Shown here piece by piece: positions 28,403 to 40,800 of a stretch of 64,000 bases of DNA. Numbering within the stretch: position 1 is the stretch's first letter; each line of letters starts with the position of its first letter. The notes under the pieces are model-generated. The model did no database searches. It saw only the letters and a program-made list of their open reading frames with translations, and was not told the DNA's origin. A program made the position numbers and the translations under genes. Origin of the DNA: a virus. The DNA is taken from IMG/VR virus record IMGVR_UViG_3300035703_000047, positions 24,986 through 88,985 of that record. One strand, written 5' to 3'.

Positions 28403-28409
28403 TATTTAG
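28403..28409 (-). promoter_or_regulatory. Late promoter variant (CTAAATA) for g15
   Basis: Overlaps the g14 stop. Confidence 0.55.
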
Positions 28410-29836
28410 TATTCACCAAATGGATTCTTTTGACTAAAATCTAGAATATTGTCGGCAGCAATTTCAATTTCTATATTTTCAGCATACGCATCTAGAAAAT
28501 CATTTGTTTGGACAGTTGATATTTTATAACTTGCACCAACACCTATTATAGCTTCACCTTTAGCAAAATTGCCATCAACAATAGAAACTTTAAGAATCCT
28601 ATTTAAGGAATCCCAACTTCTAACATATCCCGTAGTACCGGTTTTGGATCCGGTGACAACTTCATTGTAGTCATAATCTCCAAATGTAATTGCAGTAGGA
28701 TCCGTAAAAGATATTGATGGTATAGTTGTATATCCAGCTCCAGCATTAGAGTATCGAACTGAAACCACTTCTCCACGAGAATTAAGAAGTGCCTCAGCTT
28801 GTGCATTTCTGATGTTAGAAGAAATGCCTGTACTTGTAGGAATAAAGGTTCTATCAATTATGACTTGTGGAGTTGTAGTATATCCAACTCCACCAGAAGA
28901 AATTCCAATTATTCCAAGAACTCTCGTGTTTATGACTGCAGTAGCAATTCCACCACTTCCACCACCTCCAGAAATACTTATAATTGGTGGTTCAGTATAC
29001 CCAAATCCTGGATTTGTAATGAGAATTCTATCAATTGCAAGTTTTTGATTTGGAGATCTACTTGTCATAATTGCAACTGCGGTTGCAGTCTGTCCACCAG
29101 TTGGTGCGGTAGATATAGAAACTGTAGGAGCAAAAGTATATCCAAATCCATCATTAATTAGATCAATATACTGAACAGATTTAGAGTTAGGATTAGTTGT
29201 TGCAAATCCAACTGTTGCTACAGCCGTAGTTGCACTGGTTCCCACCATTTGAATGGTGTATATATTTCCAAGATCTTTAATAGACTCATTTATCTCTATT
29301 CCTGCAGAATCAATTTCTGGAACATCGATAATTTCATCCTCATACTCAAATCTTTCACATCTTAATTCATAGACATATAAGTTATTAAGTTGATAAAAAG
29401 GTTTTTTGCCTTCAACATATTTAATTTCAAATAAAGATTCATCCAATGGAAACCATATCAAATCACCCTCTTGTGGCCTATATGCAATCTTTCTTTCATC
29501 TTTTGGCCATAGTTTTAATAGTGGAGAAATAAAATCATCATATCTTTCTTTTGAAATTATAAGATTTATTTCATCATTACTTCTTACTCCAAATTTACTC
29601 AATAAATCTCCATTCCCACCAAACCCATCAAAATTCATTAGATAAGCCTCAATGCGAAAACTATCATCAAATTTTGATGCTACTACTTCTTTAATAACCG
29701 TATTTTCACCAATAATTCTTCTGGGCATGTATAGAATATCTTGTCCATACATTTTAAGTTGTTCATTAATTAAATCTTGAATGAGTCTTTGCTCACTCGG
29801 AGATCCTTGTAAAAAGTAAGAATTGAGTGGTGACAT
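28406..29836 (-). CDS. g14: Neck protein (head closure) with inserted beta-rich repeats
   Basis: RPQEGDLIWFP, PFYQL, DFSQKNPFG; internal GxGYTxxPxI repeats. Confidence 0.92.
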   Translation of the reverse strand: MSPLNSYFLQGSPSEQRLIQDLINEQLKMYGQDILYMPRRIIGENTVIKEVVASKFDDSFRIEAYLMNFDGFGGNGDLLSKFGVRSNDEINLIISKERYDDFISPLLKLWPKDERKIAYRPQEGDLIWFPLDESLFEIKYVEGKKPFYQLNNLYVYELRCERFEYEDEIIDVPEIDSAGIEINESIKDLGNIYTIQMVGTSATTAVATVGFATTNPNSKSVQYIDLINDGFGYTFAPTVSISTAPTGGQTATAVAIMTSRSPNQKLAIDRILITNPGFGYTEPPIISISGGGGSGGIATAVINTRVLGIIGISSGGVGYTTTPQVIIDRTFIPTSTGISSNIRNAQAEALLNSRGEVVSVRYSNAGAGYTTIPSISFTDPTAITFGDYDYNEVVTGSKTGTTGYVRSWDSLNRILKVSIVDGNFAKGEAIIGVGASYKISTVQTNDFLDAYAENIEIEIAADNILDFSQKNPFGEY

Positions 29837-29837
29837 A

Positions 29838-30668
29838 TCAACCTATAAGATCGAGTGGTGGTAATTCATATTCATCCTTCAACTGTTGTTCCAATTTTTC
29901 TATTTCTGCAACTCCATCATCATATATTTGTCTACCATTAAGTTGAACTCCACCTGGGAGAAGAACCCCATTAAATTTAATCATATTTTGACCCCACTGT
30001 TTTTTAATTAAAGCTGTCAAATATTTTTTCAACCACCAATCATTATAAAGTTTTGGTGCGTCTGAAGGATCGACAATTCTATAACAGTCAATGATTACAT
30101 ACTCATTTTCACCAACTTCCGACCAATCAATATCAAGATATAGTTTATGATTTTTCTTATTAAAACGGATCTGTGCATGGGGATTTAAAAGAAAATCCAA
30201 ATCTTCAAGATACCTTTTAACCATTGCATAATTTAAAAGATCTAATGCACCATAATAATAAACATCGTTCAAAAATAATTGATATTTAATGTTAAAAAGT
30301 CCATCAGAGACCGTACTTGAGTTTATTTTAAGAATATTATTAACGCCAATAATTGAATCTGGAAGTGGAAGGTAATTCACCCCTTCGACGTAAGTAAGAG
30401 AGGTTAATCCGGCTCCAACAACAGCTCCAGAAGTTGTGGAAGTACCTATAGGACCAGATTGCGAAAGAGTTCCTTTAGTTGCTGGAGTAAGTTTGTGCTT
30501 TAAAAACACACGATCAATACCATCATAGTGACGTTCATGATAGTATTGAATTGCATCATCAATTAAATTATCAATTTGATCATCATCTACATTTATTTCT
30601 AAAACCGGTTTTCCTAATTGTTTGAGACAGTATTCTTTCAACTCCGCTCTACTAGATGGCTGCGCCAT
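29838..30668 (-). CDS. g13: Neck protein (head-tail adaptor)
   Basis: LGKPVLEINVDDDQ, KQWGQNMIKF, LPGGVQLNG. Confidence 0.93.
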   Translation of the reverse strand: MAQPSSRAELKEYCLKQLGKPVLEINVDDDQIDNLIDDAIQYYHERHYDGIDRVFLKHKLTPATKGTLSQSGPIGTSTTSGAVVGAGLTSLTYVEGVNYLPLPDSIIGVNNILKINSSTVSDGLFNIKYQLFLNDVYYYGALDLLNYAMVKRYLEDLDFLLNPHAQIRFNKKNHKLYLDIDWSEVGENEYVIIDCYRIVDPSDAPKLYNDWWLKKYLTALIKKQWGQNMIKFNGVLLPGGVQLNGRQIYDDGVAEIEKLEQQLKDEYELPPLDLIG

Positions 30669-30695
30669 AAAAAAATACCCCTAGTCTTCTAGAGA

Positions 30696-30702
30696 TATTT
30701 AT
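30696..30702 (-). promoter_or_regulatory. Late promoter (ATAAATA) for g13
   Basis: Upstream of ATG 30668. Confidence 0.7.
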
Positions 30703-30705
30703 TAA

Positions 30706-32403
30706 TTAAATAATAGAAACATACGTTCTTGGAATTTGATATGGATTATTAATAGTTGGAGAACTTATTTCCTGAACATAAATTGATCCAATTCCAACAT
30801 AAGAAGATTTTGAAAACGATTCCAAACCAAAACAAATACTAAACAACGTACCAAAAGTTTCTGTATATACTCTAGTAATGGACTCTTCAGAATGTCCAGA
30901 AATATTAATAAATCCTCCTGTAATAGTAGACGGTAAGAATCTGACATTAGGATGATTTAATTCTCCATATAAATTAAAATCTACAAAACCAACATTGGAG
31001 TAAACTGATAATTTTCTAGTGTTTCCATGACCTTCTATATTAATTAATCCATTTTGATTAAACGAATACTCAAATTCAATTTTTGATGGACTATAACCGG
31101 ATATAGTATATAAAATACCAGAAGAAGGTGGTAATTTTGTAATTGATGACTGTGATGAACCTAAAATGTTTAATGTAGCAACCTTTCCAACATAATCTTT
31201 GGTATTAACTCCATTATAAGATGTTAGAGAAGATAGTGTTCCATTTCCAACACTTGAATAACCGAATTTTAATCCACTATAAGATCCCGATAATTGGTGA
31301 TTGCCAAATGCATCATAAGAATATGTGGAATTAATTTGAGTATTAGATGTACCATCAAACGCAAATAGTGCAACTCTCTGTGAAGGATTAAAACTAACTT
31401 TAGATATAGCTGAGTATTGATCATCACATTTAATTTCTTCGTTATCGCAAGTGTCATATGTATTATCTACATCATGTCTTGTAAACTTAAATAGAACCGT
31501 GGAAACATTGTTACGTGCATAAGTACTTGTAGACGATCCATTTATTAAAATTTGAGCAAGACTTACATTAACATAACCAACTTCAACTGAAGAATATCCA
31601 GAAATACTATAAATTGATGTATTCGTTACAGTCTGCCTACTAAAATTATTCAGACTGGAATTTGAGAAAGTAAATAACTGTGTATTACTTCTGGAATCTA
31701 CTGAAGTGGATTCTGAAGATGTTCCGGATATAGAAATATTTCCATCACCATTATATGCATAAGATTTTTTCGAAACACTAGTTACTACAGAGAATAATAT
31801 ACCCGAACCGGAATAAGACTTACTTTGACTTTCTTTAGTTGTAAGTGTTTGTTGAGAAATTTCAATTGATCCAGAAGTTGAAAATTCTCCAGAATCACCA
31901 TAGTAACCATAAACAGAAATTTTTCTATTTAAAGAATCTCCATAAACATTCAATGATCCAGTGGCAATATATGGAGTAGGTACAAAAGCCGGTCCACCGA
32001 TTCCTGAAACAACAAATGCACCCGATGCGTTATATGGGGATCTAAATCCTTGGGTGTTTGTTAATTTTTTATCATCATTAAGACTAATTAACCCTTTGCC
32101 TTTATATTTAAAATCGTAATTCCTTGAAAAAATATCTATAAATATAGTTCCAATTCCAGGATAACTTCTTGGAACTTCTACATTACTTTGACCAGAAAAA
32201 CTAAAAAGAGTTGGTTTGCCAGGATAAGAAGGTGTGTAGTCAGTTAGAGCTTTTGACCTATCTACTAATATCTGTCTACCAAAAGTTATTATATCTTCAT
32301 CAATATTAAAGGTTATAGTTTTTGACGCAAAGGTGTTAGTATTTGGCCCAACAATAACACCAAGTCTTAACTTACCTTTAATACTGTCAAATGTATAGTT
32401 CAT
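30706..32403 (-). CDS. Ser/Gly-rich repetitive putative structural protein
   Basis: Repeating Y-x-G-x-G-x-hydrophobic units; lies in the structural module. Confidence 0.65.
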   Translation of the reverse strand: MNYTFDSIKGKLRLGVIVGPNTNTFASKTITFNIDEDIITFGRQILVDRSKALTDYTPSYPGKPTLFSFSGQSNVEVPRSYPGIGTIFIDIFSRNYDFKYKGKGLISLNDDKKLTNTQGFRSPYNASGAFVVSGIGGPAFVPTPYIATGSLNVYGDSLNRKISVYGYYGDSGEFSTSGSIEISQQTLTTKESQSKSYSGSGILFSVVTSVSKKSYAYNGDGNISISGTSSESTSVDSRSNTQLFTFSNSSLNNFSRQTVTNTSIYSISGYSSVEVGYVNVSLAQILINGSSTSTYARNNVSTVLFKFTRHDVDNTYDTCDNEEIKCDDQYSAISKVSFNPSQRVALFAFDGTSNTQINSTYSYDAFGNHQLSGSYSGLKFGYSSVGNGTLSSLTSYNGVNTKDYVGKVATLNILGSSQSSITKLPPSSGILYTISGYSPSKIEFEYSFNQNGLINIEGHGNTRKLSVYSNVGFVDFNLYGELNHPNVRFLPSTITGGFINISGHSEESITRVYTETFGTLFSICFGLESFSKSSYVGIGSIYVQEISSPTINNPYQIPRTYVSII

Positions 32404-32431
32404 TGATACTAATTTGTAACAACTATTTTAG

Positions 32432-32468
32432 AAAAAAATAGGAGGATGCCATAAAAAAGCGATCCTCC
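32432..32468 (-). terminator. Probable intrinsic terminator
   Basis: GGAGGAT...ATCCTCC stem followed by TATTTTTTT on the minus strand. Confidence 0.6.
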
Positions 32469-32505
32469 ACCGAAATTATTAATATTTAAATTGTATTTTA
32501 ATTTA

Positions 32506-33513
32506 TTACTCAAGAGCAACATTAAGAGTAATTTTAATTTGGTCACCCGGATTACTTACAGTGTATGGTCCATTTGTAAATCTTTCTGCATACATAATGG
32601 AACTATAAAGAGTTGCACTACCCAATCCAACAGGATTATTAAGAGTTGGGTTCAAAGCAGGGGTAGTATAAAATTCATCACCATTAGGAACAGCAAACAC
32701 CGTATATGTTCCAGAGGATAAAGTAGTATTACCAGTTCCAGCGGCAACATAAAGAATATCACCAGGTATTAATTGATGATTAACTGCTCGAATTTTTCCA
32801 AAATTAAACTCTACACTAGGATCAGTAGCAACTTGAATATTTTCTATTAATGCTTTATCTAAATAAACAACTTTTAACGCCCTATCAATACCTATGACTT
32901 TAGTTCCCGTTTGAATTCCTGCGTTTCCACCAACAACCATTCCTAGAGTCAAATCATCTACAGTTAAATCAGAATCAATTGTAATGTAAAAATTACCGAC
33001 GATTCCAATCACTGGATCGCTATTACTTCCTTTAGTAACTGTAGTACCAATACCAACAGAAGCATAATGATTCACGCCTTGAACTGTAACAGGCATGTTA
33101 TTTGCCCTGGTTACATAATATCCAAAAATATCTCCAGCTTCTGACGAAAAGGTAAAAGTTTGTTCGGGATATGTAGCAGTTGTGCCTGAACCTACTTGAT
33201 TTATTCTCCAACGAGATCCATTTAATAAAATACCGGTCTGTGAAGTATAATTTTGATCTGATCTATTGTTTACGCAAAAAGGATATCCAGTAGAAGGAGT
33301 TGATCCATATCCAACAGACCCAGAAGCATCATACGGTTCATAGTATGCTAATTGTGAAGGAACATCAGTTTCTGAAGGAGCCGTGTTACTTGAAAAAAGT
33401 TTTAAAACTAAATTTCTTGGAGACTGATCGGCTAAACTTGCAGTAAAATTATTTTGAGCAATCAAATATCGAAGGGACTCAAGTTCTCCAATGTTTGGAA
33501 CTAATAGTGCCAT
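32506..33513 (-). CDS. Putative virion structural protein
   Basis: MALLVPNIGE...LKLF, YPEQTFTF, YAERF...GDQIKITL; own late promoter. Confidence 0.75.
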   Translation of the reverse strand: MALLVPNIGELESLRYLIAQNNFTASLADQSPRNLVLKLFSSNTAPSETDVPSQLAYYEPYDASGSVGYGSTPSTGYPFCVNNRSDQNYTSQTGILLNGSRWRINQVGSGTTATYPEQTFTFSSEAGDIFGYYVTRANNMPVTVQGVNHYASVGIGTTVTKGSNSDPVIGIVGNFYITIDSDLTVDDLTLGMVVGGNAGIQTGTKVIGIDRALKVVYLDKALIENIQVATDPSVEFNFGKIRAVNHQLIPGDILYVAAGTGNTTLSSGTYTVFAVPNGDEFYTTPALNPTLNNPVGLGSATLYSSIMYAERFTNGPYTVSNPGDQIKITLNVALE

Positions 33514-33554
33514 TTAAACAACTCCGTACAAACTATAATGTTTCTTGATATCTC

Positions 33555-33562
33555 TATTTATA
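33555..33562 (-). promoter_or_regulatory. Late promoter TATAAATA
   Basis: Perfect consensus upstream of ATG 33513. Confidence 0.75.
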
Positions 33563-34235
33563 ATTTTAATTTTAAAGAGATCAAAAATCTATTGATATTA
33601 TTCACTGCGATAACATCAAACGATAAAATATCGCCGGCTACTATATTTTTTGTCCAATTGGTCAAGTCATCATCACGGACTTTCCTATCATTAGACATTT
33701 GTGGATAAACTCCACCAACTATTGAAGTAAAAGTTGGAAATGTTGAATAATTTGATTTTTTTATATCTATTGTTAAATCACCTTGTTGATCTGATAAAAT
33801 TACCAAAGAATCCAATATACCACTTACATCTAAAGTTATGGAGCCTTTATTTCCAGGTAACATGTTGATAGAACCACTATCAACAATATAATTAATTGTC
33901 CTAGTTAAATCTGCCGTTGTCGCAAGAGCAATAATAAAAACTTCATCTCCAGGATTAGGAGCTACTGTGAAAATAATATTACTTGTTGATGTGGTATAAT
34001 CTTCAACTGGAGACATTACCAAATGATTTTTAACAACAATTAATTGTTGATCATTAATAGGAACGTATGCAGTTGCGGATGAAGTTAATCCAAAAGTATG
34101 TGCTGTTCCTGTAAATTGTGAATTTATGTTATCAAGAATAATATTTCCATATTGAATTGATTTGGTTGGGATTTCATAATCAACTCCAATTCTATATGGA
34201 CCCGGTTCATCCAGTGTTACTAAGTACTCGGACAT
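33558..34235 (-). CDS. Putative virion structural protein
   Basis: LDNINSQFTG...IIFTVAP module shared with g7. Confidence 0.7.
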   Translation of the reverse strand: MSEYLVTLDEPGPYRIGVDYEIPTKSIQYGNIILDNINSQFTGTAHTFGLTSSATAYVPINDQQLIVVKNHLVMSPVEDYTTSTSNIIFTVAPNPGDEVFIIALATTADLTRTINYIVDSGSINMLPGNKGSITLDVSGILDSLVILSDQQGDLTIDIKKSNYSTFPTFTSIVGGVYPQMSNDRKVRDDDLTNWTKNIVAGDILSFDVIAVNNINRFLISLKLKL

Positions 34236-34567
34236 TATGATACTCCTGGAGTTACCAAAACATTTCCTTGAACAGCTCGGGTTCTGTAAGAATTAGGAGA
34301 AATAAGAATAACATCGTAAACATAACGACCACTTTCAATTGAGTCAGTTGCAGTATAACCCATAGAGACCGTAATTTTTCCATTAATTCTATCCGGAAAA
34401 CTTAAAGTTAGTGGATAAGAAACTGAAGACGTTGGGTGTTTTCTAATACAAGAAATACCCGTATATCCAGTTAAATTTAATGGTGAGTTAGTAGTATTCC
34501 TGATCGTAAAGGTGGCTTGAAAGTCAACCCCTTGTTCAAGAACTAAGTTTACGTTCCTTGCCGCCAT
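34235..34567 (-). CDS. Small Ig-like putative tail-fibre attachment/structural protein
   Basis: NLVLEQGVDF...GRYVYDV...QGNVLVTPGV. Confidence 0.7.
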   Translation of the reverse strand: MAARNVNLVLEQGVDFQATFTIRNTTNSPLNLTGYTGISCIRKHPTSSVSYPLTLSFPDRINGKITVSMGYTATDSIESGRYVYDVILISPNSYRTRAVQGNVLVTPGVS

Positions 34568-34586
34568 TATTAGAATCCGTTTTAAG

Positions 34587-34593
34587 TATTTAT
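34587..34593 (-). promoter_or_regulatory. Late promoter (ATAAATA)
   Basis: About 20 nt upstream of ATG 34567. Confidence 0.6.
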
Positions 34594-34832
34594 GATAAAG
34601 AGTCTAATTTAGACATAATTAATTTCATCATATCTTTTATTTCATTCACATCGGACTTTAATTGATCTATCTCATCAATTTTTGAATCTATTTTGTTTAG
34701 TTTATTAACTTCTTGTATTTTTGAATTTTTTAATTCCAAATATTTTATATAATCAGAATCGGAACAATTTAAAATTGCTCCAGACTGTTCATCTCTAAAC
34801 AAACTACGATTTCCTTCTACTGGTATTAACAT
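34590..34832 (-). CDS. Conserved small coiled-coil protein
   Basis: MLIPVEGNRSLFRD...GAILN; start 34832 avoids overlap with the upstream gene. Confidence 0.75.
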   Translation of the reverse strand: MLIPVEGNRSLFRDEQSGAILNCSDSDYIKYLELKNSKIQEVNKLNKIDSKIDEIDQLKSDVNEIKDMMKLIMSKLDSLS

Positions 34833-34836
34833 ACTT

Positions 34837-37800
34837 TTAGATGCTTGCAATTGCTCTAAAATCCTTAATCTTTGGTACAAATGATGAATTAGTACCTGAC
34901 ATAATGATTTTTATTTGGAATCCATTAAATTGGGGCAAATTCGAAGCAGTAAACTCATACTGATTGAAATTATTTTCAGAAGTTGAATTTGCAACCATTT
35001 TATCGGGTCTTCCATTATTATTGGAAGGATTAATAACTTGTCCATTTGAGTCCAAATTATCATATCCAGGGAATAATTGCCAAAGTTGAGATGATGTTGG
35101 GGAATCTGATCTAAAAATTCGATAACATACTCTAATATCATTTGTCGAATGTTTGAAAGCATCAAAGAATACTTTTAAGTTATCTGAAGGTTTATCCAAA
35201 ATAACTATATTACTCAAATAAGTCGCTGCTGAAGGATCATCCGATAAAGAATTAACTCTGAAATCTGTAGCATAATTTGTAATTTTGGAATTAATTCTGT
35301 TAGCAATAGTAATTACATTTATCCTATCCAAATCAATCATTGGAGAAACATTTTCATCTTTAGTACTTAAAGTTAGTTCCATAGTAAATGATTTTTTACC
35401 GGGGAAATTTGATAAAAATGTCTCTTCATTTATTCCAGAACAAATAATCCTTGGAGTATTGAATTGATTATTTGAATTTAAAGATATCTCAGAAAATCCT
35501 TGATCCAAGAATGGTATCAAATCACTATCTGGTGTAGATCCACTAAATGTTCTTACTTTTGCCGATATAGATGTTCTTTGTGGCAATAATGTTTCAATAT
35601 TTGGTCTGATAAAATTAAAAGGAATGTTTTGTGATGCTTTTGGTCCTTTTGGAGATGACATCAATGGAACTGTATCATAGGATCCACATGATTTATTATC
35701 ATTAAAATATAAAGCAGGAAGTCCTAAAACATTTCCAGGAGTCCTATCAATACCTCTACTACTCATTCCAACTTTAATATAATAATGGTCTAAATCTGTG
35801 GGATAATTTTGCAGATCAGTATCTGATAAATTGTGAGTTTTATTTATTCTTCTCAGTGAGACTCCATTTAACTCATATTTAAATACAGAAGAGTCAATAT
35901 TATATGATGATGAAACTGTATCATCGATATTTCTAGTTATCCCAGTCAAACTACTAGTTGATGTGACAACTCCAGTATATCTTATGACTTCACTATTGAT
36001 TAAAATATACCCCGGATTTACTGAAGAAACGGGAACATTTTCAAAACTTGTAAATACTCCAACAGAACTTACAACAATATTATCAGTGGAAGTTGAATTG
36101 TATGAATTTTTTAAACTTTCTGGTTTTTGATCGGATTCTAAACCAGATAACGTTACTTTATCAACTGCAGAATACATTCCATGATTGTTATGACTAACTT
36201 TAAAATGTAAGCCATCCGATAAATCATTTATAGTGTTTACAAATGCCCCAGAGAGAGGAGAAGTTCCTGCAGAACCAACATAATATAAAGTATCAGTAAC
36301 GTTTTTGTTGATGGTTCCTTGTACTTTATTTACAATTAATGAATTGAAAGCAGAGATTATTCCTACGTTGTTTGGAATCGTAAGAATTAAATTATCACCG
36401 AGACCATCAGTTTGAGAATAATTAACTTCTAAAGAGTCCCCATAAGCATATCCTGTTCCACCTACAGAAACTGTAGCCGCAATAGCAACTCCATTTTGTA
36501 CACTTAAATTAACTTTTGCACCAAAACCAAAACCAGTTAAAGAAATTAAATCTACATTGGAGTAAGTTTTAAACGAAGATGTAAATCCAATTCCTGTTGA
36601 AGTTACTATTAATGTACTTCCTATTCCAACTGAACCCACTATTCTATCTAAATTTGATCTAAATGTTATATTATTATTTTGTAGTATTGGTGTTCCTGAT
36701 GTTAAATTTGTAACTTCAGTTGAAGTTAAACTTTTTCCTAATCCAATTAAAGTTGATTTAGAGATGCAGTCTAATGGATTTGGTCTCAAAGTTACAATTT
36801 GATTATTTCCAATATCTAATTTTGGATTGTAGAATCTTACAGTGGATGGAGTAGTAACAAACTTTGCATTATAAAGAACTAACTTTAAATCTTCTAATTG
36901 ACTTGGATCCCAAGTTGCTCCATTTTGGGATTTAAATAATGACCCCAATAAAGGTTGTTGTGATACAACAATTTTTTGAGATTCTGGCAACTGTAATGTA
37001 GTTATATCTTCCTCACCCATTCTTGAAATCCACACCGTATATTCATTTGATGCTGAAAGTAGTACCACGCAATAATCTCTACCACTTTCTAGATAAACTG
37101 GAGAGGAAAATGTAAACGTTGTTGCACTTTTGGCATCTTCAGATATAGTTACCTGACTTGGATCCAAAACAACTTCACCAAAAGGAACAATAGTTGTTGT
37201 TGGAAGACCAGTTTGCATAGTTCTTATTTGTAAAGTAACTGGCAAATTGTTGGTATCTTTTGTTCTGAAAAATATATCACATTTTGTGATGAAAACACCA
37301 TTTTCCTCAGGAACTTCAAAAGACTGTGCAAGAGGATCTGACCATCTTACCTGTGTTACTGTACGAACACTCCTGTCTATGAAAGAAGTTCCTCCTATTA
37401 ATGTAGTATCTCTAGTGGTTGAACTTCTAGTTTCCGTTCTACTAACTCTCTCAATAGTAGAATTTCTTGTTCTTAGAGTAACATCTTCAGTATTATTAAG
37501 AGTTCCAGAAGATGCAAATCGTGCATCAGCACTACTGTCACTAGATCCAGCGATTGTTGTATTAGTTTGACTGGTTGTAAGAGTAAAAGTCTTTGTCCCA
37601 GTTTCGAATGATGGGGTTGATTTTAACCTAGAGTCGGGAATAAATAACGATCCAATCAAAGTTCCACTAATATCCGTAATCAATCTCACATTTGTTATAT
37701 TTGCTATAGCTTTAGAAGTTTGGCCAACCAATTTCATATCTTTAACAATATGTCCATAAAATCCTGATTCAGATTGCAGTTCTAAAGAAGCTGTATCAAC

Positions 37801-40800
37801 ATTTAATATAGTAGAAGTTGTTGAATATGAAGAAGGTATAAATTGAGAAGGTATGTATGGATTTTCAACAAACACTTGTTCCGGATTATTGTATGGCCCA
37901 TACTTATGATTTGGAGTTGCTAATCTAAATTTAATAGAAGTTGTTCCCAATGTACCAATAACAGTTTCTCCAATAGTAAAACTACCACTTTCTACTTGTA
38001 CTTCAATAAGTTTTGGTACAACGTACTTATTCATGTCAACATTATCAAAAAATGCATACATTAATGTTTGTGGTTTCAATCTTCTTGCTACAAATTCAAT
38101 ATTTCTAGATCTCATTGTATGAATAATATCTGTAGATATTACAGATGTTCCTAAATTGACAGTATCAAATTTTTCACCAATTTTATACTGAATCCCTTGT
38201 CTAGATTCATTTGTAGTAGTTAAAGTGGTAACGTTTTGGAAAGTTACCGTTGTGTCTCTAAAGCTGGTATCTGTTATTATTGCATTTCCACTCCAGAAAC
38301 TATTAGATCCGGTTTGAACAGTTTGTGTATTACTGAATAAATTTTGTCTACCAATTTCTTGTACTCCTGTCCAAGTAGTTTCCCAACCACCCCAATCTAT
38401 AGGAGTTAATCCAGTATTGGTGTCAGCGCCAAATTGTTGTATTGCAGCCGAATAATTTCCCTCTTGTTCTATTGTTCTCGTAGTTCCTCTTGTTTCAACC
38501 CATGTATCTGTTGCAGGGTTCATTTCAATAGTTCCAATCCAATTAACAACATTAAAGGGATTGACATTTTCAGATCTAGTTGCAAAATTGTTTTTGAGGT
38601 ATACTTGTTCGTCATATTTCAAACAAACAATGTCTCCAACTTTAACAATATTTGGATTGCCCAAATCTTTTACAAATCTTAAATCCGCATCAGGATTTGA
38701 AATATTAGATGTTCCTATTACTGATTCTGAACCTAAAAGAAGATCGAAAGATGTTGTATAATGTTGAGGTCTAAGTAATCCTTCAGTGGTGTCTATACTA
38801 CATTTATGTTGGGGATTACCCAAAGATCCCGAATTTACAGATTTGAAATTATCTACAAGGAAACCACACTTAAATCTATCCAATTGTGTTTGAGAATCTC
38901 TAAGGGTTAAATTTTTAGTATCAGTTTCTAAAAGAGATAAAGATGTATAATACTCAATATTTCGTATTCTATCTTCGAGTTTGGAAATATCTTGCATTCT
39001 ATAACGTTTATGTGAAGATATTTCTACAGTCACATCTTCAGGAGTATAAACGTATGGTTTCATTTTAATTAAAGCTATTTCTAAAGCATTTTCAATAGTA
39101 TTTGGTGAAATTGGATTTAATGAAGGAACTCCTTTTGAAACAAAAAATTCTCCATACTTGTTTAAGTATAACCTATCAACTCTTCCAACGTAATACGAAT
39201 ATGATAAAAGTAAATTGCGATCCTTAACAAAATTATACGGCGACGAATTTGTAGAAGATGCGAGCTTTCTGGAATCAAATTCAAATGGAGAATATGGTGT
39301 TATTACACTATTGTAAGGAGTAACTCTTGGTCTAAAATCAAGTATATCACTTGCTCTATGAAATGGTATATCCGGCATTTCACTGGAATATCTTTGACGT
39401 TCATAAGAATCTACCGTCACAAAATCTCCATCATCATTTGCGTCTATGTAGTAATAATTATATACTATTTTCAACCTTTTTGTTGGCGGTGTTACTCCAG
39501 ATTTTCTCTTTAATGATGAATAATCTGCAATCTCTAAAGTTTGTCCACTATCAAATATAAAGTCCGATACAATATTTCTATCTCCCTCTATGATGGAATC
39601 TATTTCCGCAGTGACGTTTGACTCACTGAAAATAATTTTTTCTCCCTTGATAAAAGCATTTTCATTAATATATACAAATTCCAATTGATTTGTTCCGTTA
39701 GTGGAAACAAATAATGCCATTGCATTACTTCTTTCCCCATAAATTATTTCACCTTTAATGCCATTTAAAATATTAGCGTTTAAATTAACGACTTCCAGTT
39801 TTGGTAATTCCGCATCTTGAGAATTTGAAGATTCGAAGATTCCTGAAACATAAATTACATCTGGAACATTCAGTGATATCTTATCATCTTGTACTCTAGT
39901 TCCATAATATGGGTTATATGTTAGGCCATCATTAAGTGTAGTACTGCCTATTCCGGATGAACGACTGCTAGAATTTCTAACGTCAAGAATGGCACATCTA
40001 TTATAAATTTTCTTTCTAGACTTTAATTTCCTCTTTCTTAAAGTAACACTTAATGTAGCAGAACCATTTTTACTTAAGTTTACCAACGTTAGAGTTCTTC
40101 CGGAAGTAATACTGAACTGATTAGAAGTCAATTTTTCAATAGTACCATCACTAAACACTAGTGAATAATCTTCTTCATCGAAGGGCTCTAGAGTAATATT
40201 AGTGTCAGTTTCTAAAGTTGCTGTCAGTCCGTTAGATGAAACAGTTACTGGATAAGATTTTCTATAAACTATTTCACCTTCAGATACATCAACACTCTCA
40301 ACATTTGTATTTTGCAGTTCGGTGAACAAAAATGATTGTTTATTATTAGTTAATGCGGAGACTCCTTTTAATAAATCATTCGAAACTAATGTACTGGTAG
40401 GTAGAGCTCCACTACTAACCCCTGTAACATTTGTAGTTGCTTGAATGGATATTGATTTTAATGAAGTGCTAACAGAAGTTACTCTGTTATAAGTAGGCAA
40501 TGTCTGGCCAGATTTTGTATAAACAAAAATATCTCCAGTATTAATCCCTACACCAAAAGTGGATGATGATGATGTTACTGTACTTATTCCACCAGAACCA
40601 GCAGAAATAGTAAAACTAGTGCCTTGCGGAGCAAGAGGAATTCCCACAGATATTACAGTATCCGCAGTAAAAGATACGGTGGCTCCGACATATCCAACTA
40701 ATTGTTTTATATCAGATAAATCATAATCTCTAACACTGACGATTGTTCTTGATATATCTTGACCATCAACTTTCAACTGTTCTCCAACAACAAAATTACC

